A DNA stretch of 63,439 bases, the filler included, from Reticulomyxa filosa (lineage: Eukaryota; Protista; Foraminifera), in the NCBI GenBank assembly GCA_000512085.1. It is 24 parts of 24 records of this genome, joined end to end, with 100 filler letters (N's around TTAATTAATTAA, not from the genome) between each part and the next. Parts side by side here need not be neighbours in the genome. Positions count along the whole stretch, not along the records: positions 59,766 to 62,191 come from ASPP01007455.1; positions 62,292 to 63,439 come from ASPP01024483.1; 22 more parts are not named here. The stretch is one strand, 5' to 3'. Below the pieces are notes generated by a model. The model saw only the letters and a list, made by a program, of their open reading frames with translations, was not told where the DNA came from and did no database searches. A program made the position numbers and the translations under genes. Shown here piece after piece: positions 61,690-63,439 of this stretch. Numbering within the stretch: the first letter of the stretch is position 1; every line of letters begins with the position of its first letter.

Positions 61690-62191
61690 ATGGGTTGCTG
61701 CGTTTCAACAGCTCCAGAGCCAAAGATAGTCTCTACTGAGCAAGAAAAAGTCGAAGAAAAAAAGACAGAAGAACAAAAACCAGAAGAACAAAAACCGAAA
61801 GAACAAAAGACTGAAGAAGAGAAAAAAAGTGACGGAAAAACGCGCAATATCGACCAATTGGACAATCGAATAACAGTGAATATAATCCAAGGACGAAACT
61901 TGCCCGCGGCTGATGCAATAGGAAGCAGTGATCCGTATGTAAAAGTGACATTTGTAAGCAAGTCCAATCCAGACAAGCCACTGGAAGAATCACGAACCCG
62001 CATTATATCTAACAGAAGCAACCCAGTATGGAACGATACCATCGTATGCGAAGGAGTTGGCATTATCAGCGATTGCAAAGCCATTATCTTTGATGTGTGG
62101 GACTACGACACTGCAACCGCCGATGATTTTTTGGGAACGGCTTCTATCACCAACTTTACAGTTTTTTTTTTTTTTTTTTGTTTTTTTTTTT
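61690..62191 (+). CDS. C2-domain protein with MGCC acylation motif (3' partial)
   Basis: MGCCVS, K.EEQ repeats, then VNIIQGRNLPAADAIGSSDPYV...NPVWN...FDVWDYD...DDFLG with the Ca-binding Asp residues present. Confidence 0.92.
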
Positions 62192-62291
62192 NNNNNNNNN
62201 NNNNNNNNNNNNNNNNNNNNNNNNNNNNNNNNNNNTTAATTAATTAANNNNNNNNNNNNNNNNNNNNNNNNNNNNNNNNNNNNNNNNNNNN

Positions 62292-63439
62292 AATAGTAAT
62301 TTATTACAACCTTCTACTTGGCCTGAAGCTTTACAATTTATTACTCAATATATTCAATCTTTATCTAATCCTTCTACTCAAATTAAAGCTATTGCTGGTG
62401 ATCTTTGTGATGTTGAATCTATGCTTGCACTTAAAGATCTTTTTAATTCTCTTGGATCTAATTATACTGAATCAAGACAAGATCATATAAATCTATGTCC
62501 TGATTTTAGAACTAATTATCTTTTTAATTCTAAAATTACTGGTATTGATCAATCTGATATTTGTATTCTTATTGGATGTAATCCTAGAATGGAAGCACCT
62601 TTAATTAATGCAAGATTAAGAAAAGCATATCTTAATGGATTAGATATTTATGTTATTGGTAATCAAATTATATCTAATTTTGAAACTAATATTTTAGGTA
62701 ATGATTTAAATGCTTTAGCAGATATTATATCAGAACAAAGTCCTATTTCTTCTATTTTAAAACAATCACAAAAACCTCTTATTATATTTGGTATGAGTTT
62801 ATTTACAGATAATAATATTTCTAAAACTTGTCATTATTTATTAGAACAATTATTAATTAAATATCCTCAATTTCAAAATAATTCATGGAATGGTATTTCT
62901 TTTTTACAAACTCGTTCTGCAAGAAATGCTGCTTTAGATATTGGTTTTATTAAAGGACCTGATGTTCCTGATCATGATCAAAATATTCAATTAGTTTATC
63001 TTCTTGGTGCTGATGAATTTGATTTAGAAAAAGATATTCCATCTAATGCTTTTATTATTTATCAAGGTTCTCATGGTGATAAAGGTGCTTCTATTGCTGA
63101 TGTTGTTTTACCTACAACTTCTTTTGTAGAAAAAAATGGTACTTATGTTAATCTTGATGGAAGAGTACAACGTACTAAAAAAGCTATTACTGCACCTGGT
63201 CATGCTCGTGTAGATTGGGAATGTATTCGTGCTTTAGCTGAATTTCTTCATATAAATTTACCTTATGATAATATTGAACAACTTAGACAACGATTATATC
63301 AAATTGCTCCTCATTTTGAAAAATTGGATTCTATTCAAACACCATTTTTGACTAAACCATTATCATTATCATCATCATCTTCTTCATCTGAGCTCTCTAA
63401 AGATGTACTTACTCAATCCTTCCCTCGATACTTTTCTTC
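62292..63439 (+). CDS. NDUFS1: NADH:ubiquinone oxidoreductase 75-kDa subunit (Nad11/NuoG), internal fragment
   Basis: Uninterrupted frame from 62292 that the ORF track does not list: TWPEAL, AIAGDLCDVESMLALKDLFN, YLFNSKITGID, GCNPRMEAPLINARLRK, YLLGAD, IYQGSHGDKGA..ADVVLP...EK.GTYVN.DGRVQ and PG.AR.DW..IRAL. Confidence 0.96.

Noticed and set aside
6083-62291. Regularly recurring TTAATTAATTAA flanked by N, superficially like a repeat array or CRISPR
   Set aside because: It is a fixed-length artificial spacer. It also creates the false ORF ends 'XXXLIN' and 'XXXN'.
1-63439. A multi-gene ubiquitin/defence or meiosis-flagellum 'cluster' (RNF213-like, RING-H2, E2, HEI10, CFAP52)
   Set aside because: These genes lie on different contigs joined artificially, so their co-occurrence is not evidence of linkage.
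1-63439. tRNA, rRNA or CRISPR loci
   Set aside because: None recognisable by eye. A covariance-model scan would be needed to exclude small RNAs.

Overview
This window is not contiguous DNA. It consists of 24 short eukaryotic contigs joined by 23 identical 100-bp artificial spacers (44 N + TTAATTAATTAA + 44 N), so gene neighbourhood is only meaningful within a contig. The DNA is AT-rich and intron-dense, with many homopolymers and microsatellites. The gene families (RING/TRAF-type zinc finger + WD40 proteins ending 'LCYGS.NGPIRIWG', many pseudogenes) suggest the foraminiferan Reticulomyxa filosa or a relative (inference). Genes were rebuilt by manual splicing, because the ORF track misses or fragments most of them. 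Recognisable genes: an RNF213/mysterin-like giant AAA+ protein, HEI10-like meiotic E3, CFAP52, DUS3, a BMT5-like methyltransferase, a front-end (delta-5-like) desaturase, MED7, SPT5, an RBM19-like RRM protein, RPC2, WASHC2/FAM21, an E2 enzyme, a myristoylated kinase, a C2 protein, a tandem-DOMON secreted protein, a 7TM protein and NDUFS1. There are also kinesin, Kv-beta-like and RPEL/CAP-Gly pseudogenes and a decayed LINE-like element. Most notable: (1) the RNF213-like protein keeps the four zinc ligands of the RZ finger at human spacing but has His at the catalytic Cys position, and no RING is visible; (2) apparently intact meiosis and near-intact motile-cilium genes; (3) introns with GTT donors and A-rich AAG acceptors; (4) a compositionally foreign NDUFS1 contig. 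All homology calls rest on remembered motifs, not database searches.
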